The notes beneath the pieces were generated by a model that did no database searches, was not told the origin of the DNA, and was given only the letters and a program-made list of their open reading frames with translations. A DNA stretch of 64,000 nt, from assembly GCF_040938485.1 (NCBI RefSeq), contig NW_027272106.1:496001-560000 (forward strand), in the 5' to 3' direction. The position numbers were made by a program, and so were the translations under genes. Shown piece by piece: positions 61,807-64,000 of the stretch (its first letter is position 1; every line of letters begins with the position of its first letter). The stretch is from Diadema antillarum. Its lineage: Eukaryota.

Positions 61807-62221
61807 ATTTTTTTGACAACTTTCATCGAGAGATCGCATCCATTCAGTGAGACATTCATCGTTCCTTCGTTTGTGACACTCAAACTTGGAAAAAGTGCAA
61901 TCTGTCATTGTCTTTAAGTTCATGTGCTCAGTCATGCATGACATTTTGTCAACATAATTACGTATGAATGGAAAGAGGAAGAGTTCCCCTTCCTCACAAC
62001 AATAAAAACGCGCTCTCCGTAGCTAACAATAATAAAACAGTAGCCCTTCAAAGTTGAATTACCTTCTCTTTTTTTGATACACACTGTATAGGGTCGTTGA
62101 AAAGCATGTTTGAATGAGCAACATGTCTACTGAAATCAGCATGACTTCAATAGAGAAGCGGCCTCTCAACATTTCTCTTCTACATGTTTTTAAGAATCTA
62201 ATTATAAAATGGCATGAAACC

Positions 62222-63100
62222 ATTCTATGCCTCCGCAATAGAGTATCGGGAGAGGTATTATACCGTATGTCCCCCCAAAAAATTACAACGGGGCCCTATG
62301 CCATGATATCTTTTTAAAAATTGCATCAATCCAAATACAAATTCAGGGTATGCAACTATAACTCATTGCCCACATCTTACAGAAAACCCCATTCGATTTG
62401 CTTCAGTGTTCATAGAGAAATGAGGAATTTTGTAGAGGATGTCGGGAATCTCTTTTGTCCAAGTTCTGTCTATTACTCACACACAAAATCATCAAAGTGC
62501 TAAACTTGGAAGAATCAGACTCATGACATGCTTTACTACAATCCACATTTCTCTGTGACCGCTTAACCAAATCGAATGGGGATTTCTGCAAAATAGACCT
62601 AAGATGTTATATTTCAAGAAACTGAAGTAGCATTGAAAAAAAATAATCATATTGTTTGTTATCAATGCGAAAATCTGATTGTAATTTTTGTGTGACATAC
62701 TGCAGTATGTCCCCAAAAAATTACAATCAATTTTTCGAATTGACAACATCCAAAATGATCCACCTGTCTAAGTGCTACTTCAGGGTCTTATAGCTCTATA
62801 GCTCTGAATTTTTATTTAGATTGATGCAACATTTTTAAAGATATCATTGCATAGGGCCCCGTTGTATTTTTTTTTTTGGGGGGGGGGGGGGACATACTGT
62901 ATTTTTGGATTGTTCATCCGGTTCTACCGTCTGTAATCAGTTTTGTGGAGAGCTTAGCTAAAATAATCGTTTGAGGTATCCTAATGAAATTTGAAATATG
63001 AGTGGACGTAATTGTGCCTATCAACTGTCGGGTGTACATGATCAAGAGCAAAGATGAAAGGTCAACGTAAAATGCTCAAAACTTCACTATTTCCCCTATT
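62222..63100 (+). mobile_element. HINE-like element interrupted by a Tc1-like insertion
   Basis: 5' hairpin atgcctcc...gagaggtat; continues after 62901 with a degenerate ccgt-type repeat and aatgaaatttg core. Right end approximate. Confidence 0.55.
62261..62901. mobile_element. Tc1/mariner-like composite (inverted dimer) with TA TSD
   Basis: TA at 62261-62262 and 62900-62901; ~80-bp outer TIRs; inner terminus-to-terminus palindrome centred at 62702/62703. Confidence 0.85.
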
Positions 63101-64000
63101 TCTATGCAATACCTAAATGTATTTCCTTTAAAGTGTATCTTTGGCAAAAAAAAAAAATTGTTTTATATGTGTAAGAGCTACATTTCAGTAACCTATTACA
63201 CCAAGAATCAGAAAAAAAAAGTTCGATATTAGCAAAGAAAAATACATTTAAAATTATAAACATACCACTAAAGCCAATGGGTCTGAAAAGAAGACTATAA
63301 CTTTGCTATTGTTCCCAGGTTGCCTAATCTCTTGCTGGTTCCTTAATCCCTTGCTGGTTCCTGAAAACAAAAGAAAGTTGATAGTCTTTCCTTTCAGACT
63401 CACTGATTTAGTTCTTATTTTCTATATCAAAATATACTTTTTCTTTTTTATATGTAACATTTTTTTCTGATTGTTGGTGCAACAGATTACTAAAATACAT
63501 CTCTTTCACATATCAAAAAATATTTTTTGACCAAAGATTCACTTTGAACTCAGTGTATAATGCATTACCAGATAAAAATTCTCTTGGAAAGTTTTTGGCC
63601 ACTTGGTCAAAGGTCGAAGGTCATGTGAAAATGCTAGATTTTACTTTTTTTTTTCTCCATTTCTCCATATATCGATCATATGGATATCTCCATATCCAGG
63701 TAAGCGGCTCAAGGAATAACACATAATTATGCATGTACTGCCAAGTATTTAAAGCCCCTTTTCATTTTTTTATAAAGCTTTAACAAACTCCTCGTATTCC
63801 TAACTAATAGCTTTTGAAGGAATAATGCTACTGCATCGAACGTTGATAGAAGTCATGAATAGAATATTGTGCTATTAGTATGCTCAATGTCAGCTAAATC
63901 TGGCAATCCCTCCATTGTTGTTACCCTTGAGTTATACATCCTGTTTTTGTCTAATTCATATTGCACTGAGCACGGCTTGGTAAGATTAAGCGTTTGAATA

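Overview
Eukaryotic, AT-rich, repeat-dense animal genomic DNA; the repeat repertoire suggests a marine deuterostome such as a sea urchin (inference). The window is dominated by one + strand intron-rich gene for a stomatin/band-7 (SPFH, MEC-2-like) protein. Seven coding exons lie between 108 and 49528; the ATG exon is upstream of the window and the terminal exon is unresolved. The spliced partial protein is [257 protein letters not shown]. The introns hold a full-length intact RTE-clade LINE (2070-6055, 7-bp TSD), a near-perfect 3 x 1.52 kb tandem triplication, about 15 copies of a 93-bp TTAA MITE, many other MITEs, Helentron-associated (DINE/HINE-like) elements, SINEs and LINE tails. The most unusual signals are long hairpin elements with repeated tandem G.A mismatches, a 262-bp direct duplication around a LINE 3' end, and an exon layout that matches podocin (NPHS2). 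No CRISPR, rRNA or tRNA genes were found, and nearly all short six-frame ORFs are noise. I found no convincing new protein-coding system; the best candidates for something undescribed are non-coding.
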